Source: Pelomyxa schiedti (Eukaryota > Protista > Evosea). From it: a stretch of DNA of 64,000 bases. This document shows positions 13,289-26,000 of the stretch, piece by piece. The position numbers and the translations under genes are program-made. The notes under the pieces are model-generated. The model had not been told where the DNA came from, searched no databases, and was given only the letters and a program-made list of their open reading frames with translations. Positions within the stretch are counted from its first letter, which is position 1. Each line of letters starts with the position of its first letter. The stretch is taken from positions 1-64,000 of the forward strand of contig JAHLWZ010000275.1 of NCBI GenBank assembly GCA_020536535.1. Direction: 5' to 3'.

Positions 13289-14493
13289 TCAATGATTCTG
13301 GGGAGTGGTAACTGCGTGTATTGCGGTATTTAAAAGGTGTGTGATTCCCTCTCCGGTCTTGGCACTGCATTCTGTTTTTGTTTGGGTATGTTAGGTGTTA
13401 GGTTGTGTATCAATACCTTCAAGTCCCACCACCACATTGCGTTCTGTATGAAGAGAAAAGGTGGATGGGTTGTAGGCTGTTTTAGACAAGTGTACTGCAA
13501 TTGGGTCTCGTTCTGCGTCCTAGGTCCAAAGGAAGAGTCACTGACTATGAGTTTTCGGGGAGAAAAAAAAACCTTTTTCATTGCAACTAGGACTATGGGA
13601 ACCCCTTTTGGTAATGTAGGGTCAGAATTGCCAAGGATGACATGGCATACCAGGGAGGTGGTGTCCAATCTCCGGGATCCACTTCATATAGACATTTTCC
13701 AAAGTTTGAGGGGCCAGAGAAAAATAACACACAAAGACAACATCAGTGCAGTAATAACCTATGCGTGTTAGAAAACGGTTTATGAACATTAAATGAAAAG
13801 CACAAATTGGGCGAAGGCGGTCATAATCCTCCAGTCCTGCTGTGTCCCAAAACTATTTCCAATTAATAGTAACAGCGCAAGAGTGTGAGAGCAACTGAAA
13901 TATTGTAAAATTCATTGTCACATGTTACAGTGGCCGCTAGAGTATCAAACACAGTTGGAGAGTATTCATCTGTGAATTGTAAGTGACCTAGCCAACAAGA
14001 CGGGATATTGCACGGTACCAATTAATGTATTGAAAGCAATGCGGTAGAGCAATGCTGTCTTAGAATAGTGGAATTTTAATAATAGGTCAACACTTGTGAT
14101 TGTATTGTACCTTCCCCACCCCAAAGTCTCCAACCACCACAATTTTAAGTGGTCTGCCACGACATGGTTCTTTACAGAGTGGAATAGCCGGAATGTCTTG
14201 TGGAGAAATAATTGTCTCCAGAGGAAAGCTTGCATTTGGTACTGTATCAGGTACCAACAGAATGGAATTAAATGACAGATCAGAAAGCGGTACTGTTACC
14301 AGCAGGTCTTACTGGAGAAGTTTTATAAGTTACAAGGTTGAGAAAGCGTGCCTGTAGTGAGAATTAGAGGATGTTTTCCCTCTGAAAAGAAATACATCCG
14401 GCCCTGGATAGAAATGTGGACTAGCTTCTACCCAGTAAGGCGGCACTGCACGCTTTGATTGAGACAAAAGAATGTTGACATCACAACACACAT
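13289..14493 (-). CDS. Atypical Rho/Rac-family small GTPase with N-terminal extension; multi-exon, start uncertain
   Basis: Spliced: LKIVVVGDFGVGK|T, EYSPTVFD, FWDTAGLEDYDRLRP, KWIPEI, VPIVLVAMKK|D, E|CSAKTGEG; ends TTPQNH-stop. Confidence 0.85.
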
Positions 14494-14801
14494 GGCTCAT
14501 AACAAGGGTATGGCGGCTTCAAATAATCAACAATAGCTCTTACAACATGTGCAGGTAGCACTGTAACAGGACTTGGTGGATAAGATTATCTTAAACAATT
14601 TACAGAGGCAAAGCCGAAAAAAAAAAAAAAATACCAGCGATGCATCCCGCCACAGCGTGTGTGCCACGCCATCATAAATGAGCATGCTGCGGACAGTCTC
14701 GACTGGTACTCTTTTTTGGTCTCAACCCGTTCGTTACCCGACATTGGCCTTTCGCCAATAAAATAAACCGACGATAACGAATTCCCATGAAAGAGAAAAT
14801 G

Positions 14802-14888
14802 GCTGAATAAAATAATCAACAGACCGGAACGCTGTCCTTTTCGTTATCGTCGCTCAGGATCGGCGGTCTGGTGTTTTTTTTATTCAGC
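14802..14888. mobile_element. 87-bp inverted-repeat (MITE-like/hairpin) element
   Basis: 25-bp imperfect terminal inverted repeats (22/25 match); flanking direct repeat AAATG (14797-14801 and 14889-14893); second copy at 9876. Confidence 0.6.
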
Positions 14889-14987
14889 AAATGCCAAATA
14901 GAAATTACTTGGAAACAATTTTCAAAATTGTCTTGCTCTTTTCCCAAATAGAGAATAGAGACATAGGCTTCACAAATAACTTTTGGG

Positions 14988-16617
14988 TTAAGGTCTGGTG
15001 AATACGGCGGCAATTCCTTGTCCTCCACCAACACAGAGGGAAACCAGCCCAACCTTGACATCCTTCTTGGTCATTTGGTGAAGCAGTGTGACTGCGCACC
15101 GGGCTCCACTGCATCCAATCGGGTGTCCCAATGACACACCAGAACCGTGCACGTTGGTGATGTCAGGGGACAGTCCTAGCTCGCGTCGGCATGCAAGTGC
15201 TTGCACAGCAAATGCCTCATTAAGCTCGGCGAGTTGAACATCGGCTACTTTCAGTCCTCCCTTGTCGAGAGCCCTGTGTGGTAGGCGGGGTTATTAAGAT
15301 GGTTACAAAATAAAACTGGCTGTACTTTCTGGTGGCAGAAATAACTCCCAGACCCATGTAAGCTGGGTCAACGCCAGCTGTGGCATATGAATGCAAGCAG
15401 GCCATTGGAGTGAGGCCCAGAGCTGCAGCCTTGGCCCTTGTCATTAGAAGGACTACGGCAGCAGCATCATTGATTCCTGAAGCATTTCCTGCTGTAACGG
15501 TACCAGTGCCATCAGTCTTGAAAGCTGGTCTGAGGGCACCCAGTTTTGCCAAGGTTGTGTCAATCTGTATGATGTTAGAGACACTGGTAACCAAAGGAAA
15601 TAACATACTGGCTTCTCATCAACATCAAAGACAATAGGGGCTCCACCGCGCTGAGGAATGACTACTGGAACAATCTCATCCCTGAAAGCGCCACTGGCGA
15701 TGGCTGCTCTGGCGCGAGTATTGCTCTCAAGTGCGATTTGATCCTGCTCAGCACGGGTGATTTCGTACTTAGCGGCAATGTTCTCTGCGGTCATGCCCAT
15801 GTGAACATTGTGGAACGACTCCCAAAGTCCGTCATGCACCATGGAATCCTGAAGCTCCCCAAGTCCGGTCAAATCCATGCGGTAACCCCACCTTGCCTTG
15901 GGTAGGAGGTACCTAAAAACTAAGTGTTGGAAAGCCTAAAAAGTACAACGGGGGAGTGCATACGGAGCATTGCTCATGCTCTCGACACCGCCGGCAATTA
16001 CGACTTCAGCAGTCCCGCTCCTAATGGAATCGGCTCCAAGAAGAATAGCCTTGAGACCAGAGGCGCAGAGTTGATTGACGAGGTAAGCGGTTGTCTCCTT
16101 GGGGAGACCAGAATTGATGGATGCCTGGCGAGCGGGATTCTGGCCCAAGCCACCCTGGAGAACCTGCCCAAGGATAACCTCATCAACCTGAATAGGCTGG
16201 AATGTCTCGTCCCACTTCATGGCGTCGGTCTCCAACTTAATCGGAGACTTGTCCAACCTGGCCGGGGTGTATGACATACTAACATCCGAAGTCTACACAA
16301 AAACATATCAATTAGCAAGAATAAAACCAAATAAGAAGAGATGGGTAATTCCCATCAATCAATTACAAGTACATTAGTCGTAAATCGTAAAGATCAAAGC
16401 GAAACGGAAAACTTGTGGAGAAACAACACACCTTGGGACGAAGATGCACTTTTTCGAGGACACCCTTTAGAACAACGGTGGCGAGTTGAATGGCGTTCAC
16501 GTCCTTTATTTTTCCTCCGAAGTTTCCAATCGCAGTCCTTACGGCACTGACCACAACGATGTCGTCCGGATTGGCTGTGATCGTTGCTGATGCTGAACTT
16601 GTGGTTGTTGACGCCAT
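14988..16617 (-). CDS. Acetyl-CoA C-acetyltransferase (biosynthetic thiolase); multi-exon
   Basis: [19 protein letters not shown] (catalytic Cys), [45 protein letters not shown]. Confidence 0.95.
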
Positions 16618-17047
16618 TGAGAGATGTAGAGGGTAAAAAGATCTTCCGGTTTACTGTACTCTAAAGGGTTGTTTGTATTTTGTTTTTATTTTAATGTTTT
16701 CCTTTCGAATATTAAGTTGCCTCTTTAGTTTTCTTTTGTGCATTCCGCCCTTCTGTGTTTGTTGTTAGGTGCACTTTCTTCAGCTAAGGCTCTATTTTTG
16801 GCATAGAACTGAGCGATCTGTGCTCAGGTCCGACCCTTTTCCGTTCAAATTGGCGTACGTGCGTTATCTCTTACAAAATTTTTCGTGTTTTCCGAGGCGA
16901 AATCTTCTGGAAAGTTTCGCCCCAAAGTCTGTGAGTTTGTGTGTTGTGCTATTGACAGTCGTTTGTGTGCAGCTGATGTGATGTAACATCATTGTTTCCT
17001 GTGTGATGCGTGATTGAAGAGGCGTGATATGATGTCACTATGTGTTT

Positions 17048-20000
17048 TCATTCTCTCACCGTCTCCGGCACAAGAAATGCACTCGGGACTGGAGGGATGA
17101 TGCTTGATGGTGCTGCTGGGGTGGAAATTACTGATGAGGGTGAGGAAGTAACTGGGAGAGTGATTGTGTTTACGCTGGTACTCGGGATTGAAGAAGATAT
17201 TGGTGGCGGTGTTACTGTGGATATGTTTATGGCTGATGTGGCTGCCACTGTATTTGAGGTGGCAGTTGTTCCTATGAGTACAACATCTGGGCCTTGGTGT
17301 TCAAGGGTTGGTGGTGTGTGTGGTGGTTGTGGCTGCGGTTGTGGTTGCGGTGGTTGTGGTTGTGTTGCGGTATTTTGGGGGAGTGACTGCGGGGGGTTGG
17401 TGGGTGTGGTCTGTTGTTGGATAAGTTGTGGGGGTTTGGCTGGAGTGCCTGGCTGCAGTGTGAGAGGTGCGCGCAGCTGAATTTGCTGAGTGTGCATCTG
17501 CTGCAAGATTTGCATTTGTTGGGCGGAAAGTTGTTGATGTTGCTGCGGAGAAAGGTGTGCGAGGTTAGGCTGTAGTGCCGCGTAGTGTTGCACTTTTTGT
17601 GTAAGTTGTGGTAGCATAAGGTGTTGCCCTCTTTGCAGCGTTTGTGGCATGGCTTTTGGTGCGGTTGAAGACACTACTGTGGATGGAAGTGGTTGCGTCA
17701 GTGATGCCCCCGAGAGAGGTGCCTGTGTTTGGTTGGGGTTCGTTGTTGTTTGTGCTGGCTGCACCCCTGGTGAGGGTGCCAATGCAGGATTTTGCATTGG
17801 GGTTCCACCCTCAAACGCATTACCTTGCATAGATCCAGAGACATCTTGGGATGTTAGAGGGGAGGGGACAGTTGTAGAGGGCAATGACATTGTCTGGTGT
17901 GGTGGTGGGGCAACTGTAAATGTAGCCAAAGCATCGTTGGGTTTAGATATGGAATTCTGCTGGTACTGAGGATGTGGTTGTACATGGCGTGCCATGGAAA
18001 TATGTTGTGAGGGAGCAATATTGAGGGTATACATCCCAGGAAGCATAGAAAATGATCCTGTAGATGGTGGAAGTAGGTTACTCTGTGGGAGGAGAGTGGA
18101 GGGAGTAGCCGGGCTTGTCATGGAAGGTGCCATTTGTGTAGTGAATGATGGATCATGCTGAGAGTAATGAAGAGTGGGTAACAGTTGTACAGGGGAGCTT
18201 GTCATTAGCATAGATGATGCTGAAGACGGTGTGTGAGGTGTTGGTAACTGCACTGTAGAAGGGTTATGAGGTTGTAAATGTATAGATTGTGCTGTTGGTT
18301 GTGTCAAGGCAGATGGGGGCAGGTAAAAACGTGAGGTGGTCCCTACTGGATTTTAAAACACACAAAAGGGAAGATTAAGGTACCAGCAGAATAAGAAAGT
18401 GTCCGTTGCAAAGGTATGGGAACGGAGTTGATATACTTTCCTCCTATAGTTGTTAAGAATCATTGTACTTGTACTTCATACTTACGTTGTACTGCTTGAT
18501 TGACGGAGGAAGCAGTTCCACTGTACATCTGCGGTATATTGAGGTGTGAGGCACCGGACAGGGGCGCAGACACTGGTGGGGGTGATGTTGTTGTGGGACC
18601 CATTCCTGCTACGAGGGATGGTGTTGTGGAAGTTACAGGTGTATTTGCAGAGGAACTACCGTTTGGTAGCCCTGCTCCCTGAATTGATGTTGGTGTCTGA
18701 CCGCAGGTGGTATTTTGTGGGGCAATGGCTGTCATAACAGGTGGAGTTGTGAGAGAATATCCAGATGAAGGCAGCATGACTAATGGAGAAAGGACTTGGG
18801 GGGGTTGATTTACTTGTGCCTGAGTTAAAGCAATCTATGGTAGGTGTCTAAAACAATAAAGGGTCTCATCTTTTACCATATCAGACAGTTTTCTATGGGG
18901 AGCTTTCCCTCTACCAGAAGGCGCCAGTTTCGCGTGCTGTGCTGCCTAGAATATGATTAAGAAAGAACGTGATTCCGTTTTCGTGTAGCGCGTGAATGCC
19001 TCTTGTTTACCAAAAAACATACATGGTGATCTGATGGGGATCCCTGCGATGTTACTGGTGTCTAACAGAAAAAAAAATTAGAGATGAAAATAGGTAGACA
19101 GCATACTTGAGGGTAGGTAACTGGTGTAGAAACTAATCTGGACCTATCGGCAATAACTCTGGAGCTGCATTGACCTGATGAAAGCCTCTCAATATTAAGA
19201 ATCCAAAAAAATAGATGTACTTGACCGAAATGGCTGGTTGGCAGCATCAAAGACACCGGTGTGAGTAAGCAAACGATTTGGATCGCCAAATGGAATCGGT
19301 GTCGAGGCAGCTGAGGAAATAGGCGTCATAGGAAGAGCTGGTGCTGCAGGTGAGGCAGCTGTGACTACTTAAGGAACGAGAAGTTACATGTATACACTTA
19401 CCCTGAAGTACTTGGTGTTGATGTGGGGAGAACAAAGTTGGGTTGTGCATTAATGGGGGGTTTTTTTGCTTGAGTTCTTCCAGTATCTGTAATGGTGTCC
19501 TGGCGACAGCCATATTGACAGTACCTACAACTATTTGAGAAAGTATGACAAACAGAAAAACGGTTACTTGATGTGGCATTGTGCGAGGTGTTCAATGTTT
19601 CAAGAGAGTCAACCAATTCAGGGGGCCTTTTTACTTTGATGAACTCTATCATTGCTTGGAGGGTATTGTATATAGAGCCACCATTATATGTGACTGATCC
19701 AGAAGGGCAACTGTCACTGACACCACCTACTACCGAAGATGTAGAGGGTGAAGTCAATATGGAATTCCATCGTTGTATGCATTCTGCCGCTGAACGACGT
19801 CTCCAAGAGGGAATGAAATGTGGCGAATTTGTATCCGAGAGAAGATCCCAGTTCAGCGAATTTTGTTGCTCTATCCAGTTGGGTAGCGGTGTATCAACTT
19901 GGTTTTGCGCACTAGATTGAGGGTGTTGCTGTGGGTGCAGCTGGGTCATTGCAGTGTGGAGAGCAAGGTCTTCACTAGGAAGCCATGGGGTTATCAAACA

Positions 20001-23000
20001 GAGGTCTTGTTTAGCCGGGTTCGTGTTTTGGCGGTTGGATGTTACTTTTTTCTTGTGTAACAGTCTAATAACACAAATTAATCAAATACTGGAAAGAAAG
20101 TGCATCTTACCCATGTTCACCCGAATGCTTTCCTTCTTTGTGGCGATGTGTGTGTGTTGCGTGGTGGGTTCCATGTACATGTATGTGGGCTTTTGATGAT
20201 GCAGAAGCAGACAGGGGGGCAGACCTGGGGGAAAGAGGGTGATCTTGCATTGTTTCAGACGGAGTCAGAGAAGGTTGAGTGTGGGTAAGATTAGGAGAAG
20301 AAAAAGCCGGCAGACTGGCCAAATCAGGAATCAGAACAGAGGGAAGGGCTATATTTGTAACAGATGTAGATGCTTGAGATTGCAAGTGTGGTAATAGAGC
20401 CTGTGTGTTTGCATTGGCTCCCACATGGTGTCTCTTCTTTTGATGACCATTAATAGAAGTACCGGGGCTGGGTAGATTTGTAGTCCCAACTGCTGGGATG
20501 TTGATCTTTGTTCTTCTACCTCGTTCTCTTTTCTTTTTTTTCCTTGTTTGATCTGCCCCCAAAGCAACTGTGGGTGTAGAAGGCTGCACAGTAAGCTGCG
20601 CTGAAGCATGTTCCGTATTGGTTTGCGGAATATCAGACCTCTCCATATAGATGGTAACAGGTGTATTGGGGGGAGTGAATTTCGATTCATTTACTGCCCG
20701 TATTTGTTCTTCAACAGGTGGGCTGGAATTTTCAGTAATAACCACATTTGCAAGGCGCTGGGTACTTGGTGGAAGTATAAAGGAACTATAATGGAGGTAG
20801 AAGGAAGGAGTGTAAATTTCCTCAGAGGGGTTGCTCTTTGGTGTCTTGATTCTGCTGGTTGGTGCCACAGTAGGTAAGCGGCCTAACCTCCTGGGGAGTG
20901 AGTACTAAGTTTACAACATCAGGGGAAAAAAGATTTTCTTGTTTTTTTTTTTTTCTGTTTTTGGAAGGTTTTGTTTATTGGCAAACCTCATAGAGTATGG
21001 GCTGCTTGAAGTCAGCACATTTCTTAAAGAAGTTTTCTGGAGGTGGAACCTGACGATTAAGGGCACACTTGATCAGTTTAGAAACGTTAGTAACCTCCCT
21101 GATTCTGAACCAGTAAGCTTAAAGAATAATAACAATGAACAAACTTGTCTAAGGTGATAGGACATTCGACTGGAATCCAAGAAGTGCAATTGGTGGAAGT
21201 GTTAGTGGCTGAATCGAGCCCCAAGGCTTCATTCAACACTGTGAACAGCAAGTTAATTTACAGAAGCTAAAGAAAAGAGACAATACACAAATTATCAGAG
21301 TCGGGCTCACAGTGTCGAATGTTATGTAAGAGACCACTATACTGGTCCTGCATAAAATAGGGAATATGACCGTTTTTGAATACCTCAATGCTATGACTAT
21401 ATGGGCTCCTAAGTGAATTAAGGGGATTTATTAGAGATAAAGTTAGCACACGGAAGAGAATATGAAAGAAGTTCAATTTCAATTGTATTGTCAGATATAA
21501 GCCTCCAGATGCGTACTCCATGAAGTTGTCCAATGTAAACACAGTAATTGTATACCTATCTTATGTAGGCACGATTACGACTTGATGTTGCATACTTGTG
21601 TGTTGACTTCTACATGCCAATCCGTATCAAATAGTATGACAGCATCAGCCATATGAGGATTGACATTGTGCAGTATTCGTGTGTGCAAAAGCATTATATT
21701 CCATTCATCACATATGTTGAACCGTTCGCAAAGGAGTGTCCGATGTGAGGCTGGAGTATTAAAGTCTACACACACATGGGGCATGTTGTGCCCATTGAAA
21801 TGGCGTGAAATGAGTGATAAACTTTCTTGCATGTGTGACAAAATCAAAATCTTCAGATTATGGTGCAACAATCCAGGAAGGAGACGAGACATGAGTACGT
21901 CAAGTTTATTACTATGGACCACCTTGGAAAGGGTGGGACAAGGTTGCTGCCGAGTTGGAAAAGGAAGTACGAAGTCACAGTAGGAGGAAGAGGCCATCAG
22001 GCTGGGAGTGGGTGCAATTACTCGAGGGTGTAGTTGTATCTCAGCTGAGAGGGGATAACAACGGGTAGCATAGTCATAGAGCTGTGAAGGTGTGCTAGGA
22101 GGTAGGGTAAACATCTGTTTCAGCTTCGCGAGAGAGTTCTGAGGGTCAAAGGGCTGAATGAATATGCAATCCTTTCGGCCAGGTTTTTGGATCTCAGCAT
22201 TGTATTTTAGGAGGGAATTTGTCTCCATGGGATATGTGGCACAAGACATATGAGGCTCTTCAGTGGGCAAAGGCAGGACAAGCCGCTGATGAAACGGTGG
22301 GGTTGGCAGGGTAACTTCAAAGTGCCTACTCCATTCAATAACCAAGTGACTCAATTGCACATACGGAGAGGGCATTGCCTCCTGATCGACTTGGTTACAG
22401 GTGGTTTTGAGCATCAACGCAATTTCAGCGGCATTATGGACCTGGTGGAGAGGCACACCATTGTTCATATCTGCAGTAGGTTTCATAGCAATTGAACGCT
22501 TGTTAGCCATACTGCATATCGAGAAAATTTCATCATAAATAAATTGTTGCTTTGGAGAAAGCTTGCAAAAGAGTAGTCTCTCAGGGGGGTTTCTTGGTTT
22601 ACAGTTTGAGCAATTAGTAACACATAGTAAATCCAGTATTCTGCACAGCTCTGTATCCGGCATGGTTGACAGCTCTTGGGTGTGGGATCCCCTTTCCAAA
22701 GGGAAAAGGTAGTTAATGAGGTGAACACACTGAGAGTGGGGAAGGTGGAGAGAAAGAGGACTATTGGATATGGGGTATTTCTGTGGCTGGGTGCATGAAG
22801 GTGAGAGAAGAACTATCCGATGACAGGATGATGATAAATGATCAGCAAGTGTATTCCAAGAAGAGTACGTCTCTATGGAATCCCACAATGTAGGTGACAT
22901 GTTTAGGATAACAGTGTGCCATGGGATCGGAGGCACGGTAAAGTTCATGCCATAATACATAGACTCATTGAAAGCCATATGGGACAGTAAATGAACACAC

Positions 23001-26000
23001 TTTATGTCGGGGTTCTTTATTATGTGGTTCCGTTTTCTTTTGCTTCTCTTGGATACATGAAGTTTGATTTTGATCATTGGACAGATTTGCTTCAAAACAA
23101 GAATCCACTGGATAAAATCTTTGTCATCAGTGATAATTAAAGTGGGGCCACAGTCAAAATGTTCACTCAGTTTTGTACACGGTGAAATTGTTTCCCTTTT
23201 GATGTTTTGCTCAGTTCTTTCTTTCGCAATTTTACTAGTCATAACTGCCAGAAATGCAGCGATGACCACATATGAAGTACAGTACGGCTCCACTTTCAAG
23301 GTTACATTCACACCATGCAAATGTGAAAGCAGTAGATGTGAGACCAAATGTTCTTGAGTTGCACCTATGCACAGAGATTGTTGTAAGTGAAAATGGTTGT
23401 GGTGCCCACGTATTGTGGACATCAGATCCACAGATGGTGAAATGCACGCAAGAAAGTTGTGGTTGTGGGTTACTTTCCTTGTGGGAACTGATGAGGGCTG
23501 GGAATTTGGATTTTTACAACCGTCACTCATAACAGATGGGTGATTTGCACAACTATCACTTGGGAGTGGCACAAGAGCATTTTCATCTTGTGTTCTAGCC
23601 TGCCTGGTTGAAGTCATTACTTCATTACAGGGAGATTCACCACAATGCAATATATTCCTCCTCAAGAGTACTTGAGATGCTAAAACAGAAAACAGACGCA
23701 TTTGTGTGAGTTTATCTTCTCTTGCTCTTGTGAAACCATCTGCCATCCATTCCATTTCACCAAGGACCCTGTCCCATTGAGTTTTTGGGTGTGGGGGGTC
23801 GGGACACAGTGCTGGAAGTGGTGTCACAGTCTTTATTTCAAGATCGTCGATTGTCTTATTGGACTCAGCAGTGCAATCAGTGGAAAACAAAAGGGATTCC
23901 AATTCAGAAAAGTTGAACTCATGGGGAACACTCTCTTATTTGTAGATCAACAACCAAGAAAAGCAGCAGAAAAACTAACCTTTTTGAGACCCACATCTCA
24001 GTGGGAAGGGAGGTACTTGTGCTGGTAGCAATTTTGGACTTAGATTAGATGGGGCATCGACTTCAGGGATCTGAAGGAAGTCGTCACGTGGAGTAACTGG
24101 CTCAATTTTTGTTGAGGTTTCCTCAATTTGGTCTCCAGTGCTACTTGGGAATTTGTCATGAAGGGTTTCAGGGTTGACTTCTCCATCAGAGTTTTTTTTG
24201 AAGGGTGTTTCTTTTGTGGGTTGTGGGCAGGGGGTATCCAAAAAGGTATCACAGTCCTCAATATTATCACGGCAAGCACTGGTACGCCACATATCATCCC
24301 CAGCTCCATCCCATTGACATACATTTTCCTGACTGGATGCCCAAGTGGTACACAAATCCTGGAGGTTATTTAGCTCTAATCGCTCACTCTCTCGTTGTAA
24401 GATTAGGGCTTTGAGTTGCTGGTGCTTGATATCCATGATTTTTCTTCGTATTTCCACTATTTCCGTCTGACTTAGTTTAGCAGGCCTGTTAATCGAGAGT
24501 AATGTGGGCTTGTCAGCTGACTTCAGAAGTGGCCTGTGTTGCTGGCCTTGGTGTATGGGAAATAATGGGTCACCAGGTTTTATTGGCATCCTTATCTCTT
24601 TGAGTGAAGAACCCTGCATTTGAGTGTAAGACTAAATGTTGGGCTAATACAACATACCAGGTTTTTACTGTCTTCATCAATCCGTGCTGAAAAAAGTTCA
24701 TCACTTTTATCTCCAGAAAGTTTTTGAGTGCTCTTAGAACTAAGGTGAGATTCTGTGTGCTGATTGCTATCAATTGGTAACTCTAAGAAGTTTGCGTCAC
24801 ACGATGTTTCTGCAATGTTGCTTGAGTGAGGAGATAGTAGTGGCCTGGTCAAAAATCGTCTTCTACCAACTGGCTTTTCTTGATTGTGGTGTAAAATGGG
24901 ATGTGGTGATGGTGACCGAGAGGCTGAAGATGATTGACAAAAGGAGGGCGATTTTGATAAAGATCTTCCCCGAGATCGTGAGGATGATGGGGATACTGAG
25001 TGACTGGAAGAACGAGAACCAGAAAAAGAACGGCTCCGTGAGCTAGAACGTGATACAGACCTGGACTTGGAACCCCATGGAGAAGGAGACCTCGAAGTGG
25101 AATGAGAGCCTGACATGGAATGTGAACAGGACGGTGACCTGGAAAAAGAACGCGAGGAGTGGGATGGAGAACGTGAACAAGATCGGGATCTAGAACGGGA
25201 TGGTGCTGGTGAACCTGATCGCGAAGGTGAGGATGAAGATGGGGAAGATGGAGATAGGGATGGTGACGCGGAGAGTGAAGGAGGGTCGTGACTAGCCGCG
25301 TGTTGAACACTGGTACACACAGTGGCACGCTGGTACTTAGTTAGTCTCGAGTGTTAAAGAAGAGCTGAGAGGGAAAACCGCTGAACTGCTATCGGAGTAT
25401 CTTTTCTCAGAATCGACACCCATCAATTCCAAGCCCCCATCACTGGGACTCGCCGCCCATTTCTCGGAACCGCCGCTCCCCACGGTGCTCGAAGCACTGT
25501 TATCAACAGGCATTTTCATCATCTTCACAGAATCGTGTTTGACGCCCACCACCGTTGTTGTTGTTGTTGATGGTGGTGGTGCTGGTGCTGCTGCGTGTGC
25601 CGGCGACGCCATTGTAAGCGAAGAAGAGGAAGAAGATGAAACAGTTCTGCCGTGCCCAGTGCCCCGATGCAAATTCAGTCTGCCGCTAGGAGCGGCCTCT
25701 GGTAGTGATGCCACAACAACCACAGATGGCTGCTGCTGCTGCCGCCGCCGCTGCGTAGCCCGCTTTTTCACACCGGGTGTAGCACCAACGCCTGCGCCCG
25801 GTTGGTGACACACCTTCTTCTTAGTCCTCCGCCTCGTAGTGGTCATCGCCGCCGTAGCAGCAGCAGCGCCTCCTCCACCTCCACCTCCGCCACCGCTCTG
25901 CTTCTGTGTCTGCGACTGTGCTTGTGTCTGTGTCTGTGTCTGTGTCTGTGTCTGTGTCTGTGTCTGTGTCTGTGTCTGTGTCTGTGTCTGTGTCTGTGTC

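Noticed and set aside
14815-14880. Hammerhead ribozyme (CTGA..GA..GAAA on the minus strand) or U5 snRNA
   Set aside because: The core reads CTGAGCGA rather than CUGANGA, the three stems cannot be formed, and the U5 loop GCCUUUUAC is absent. An inverted-repeat element explains it better.
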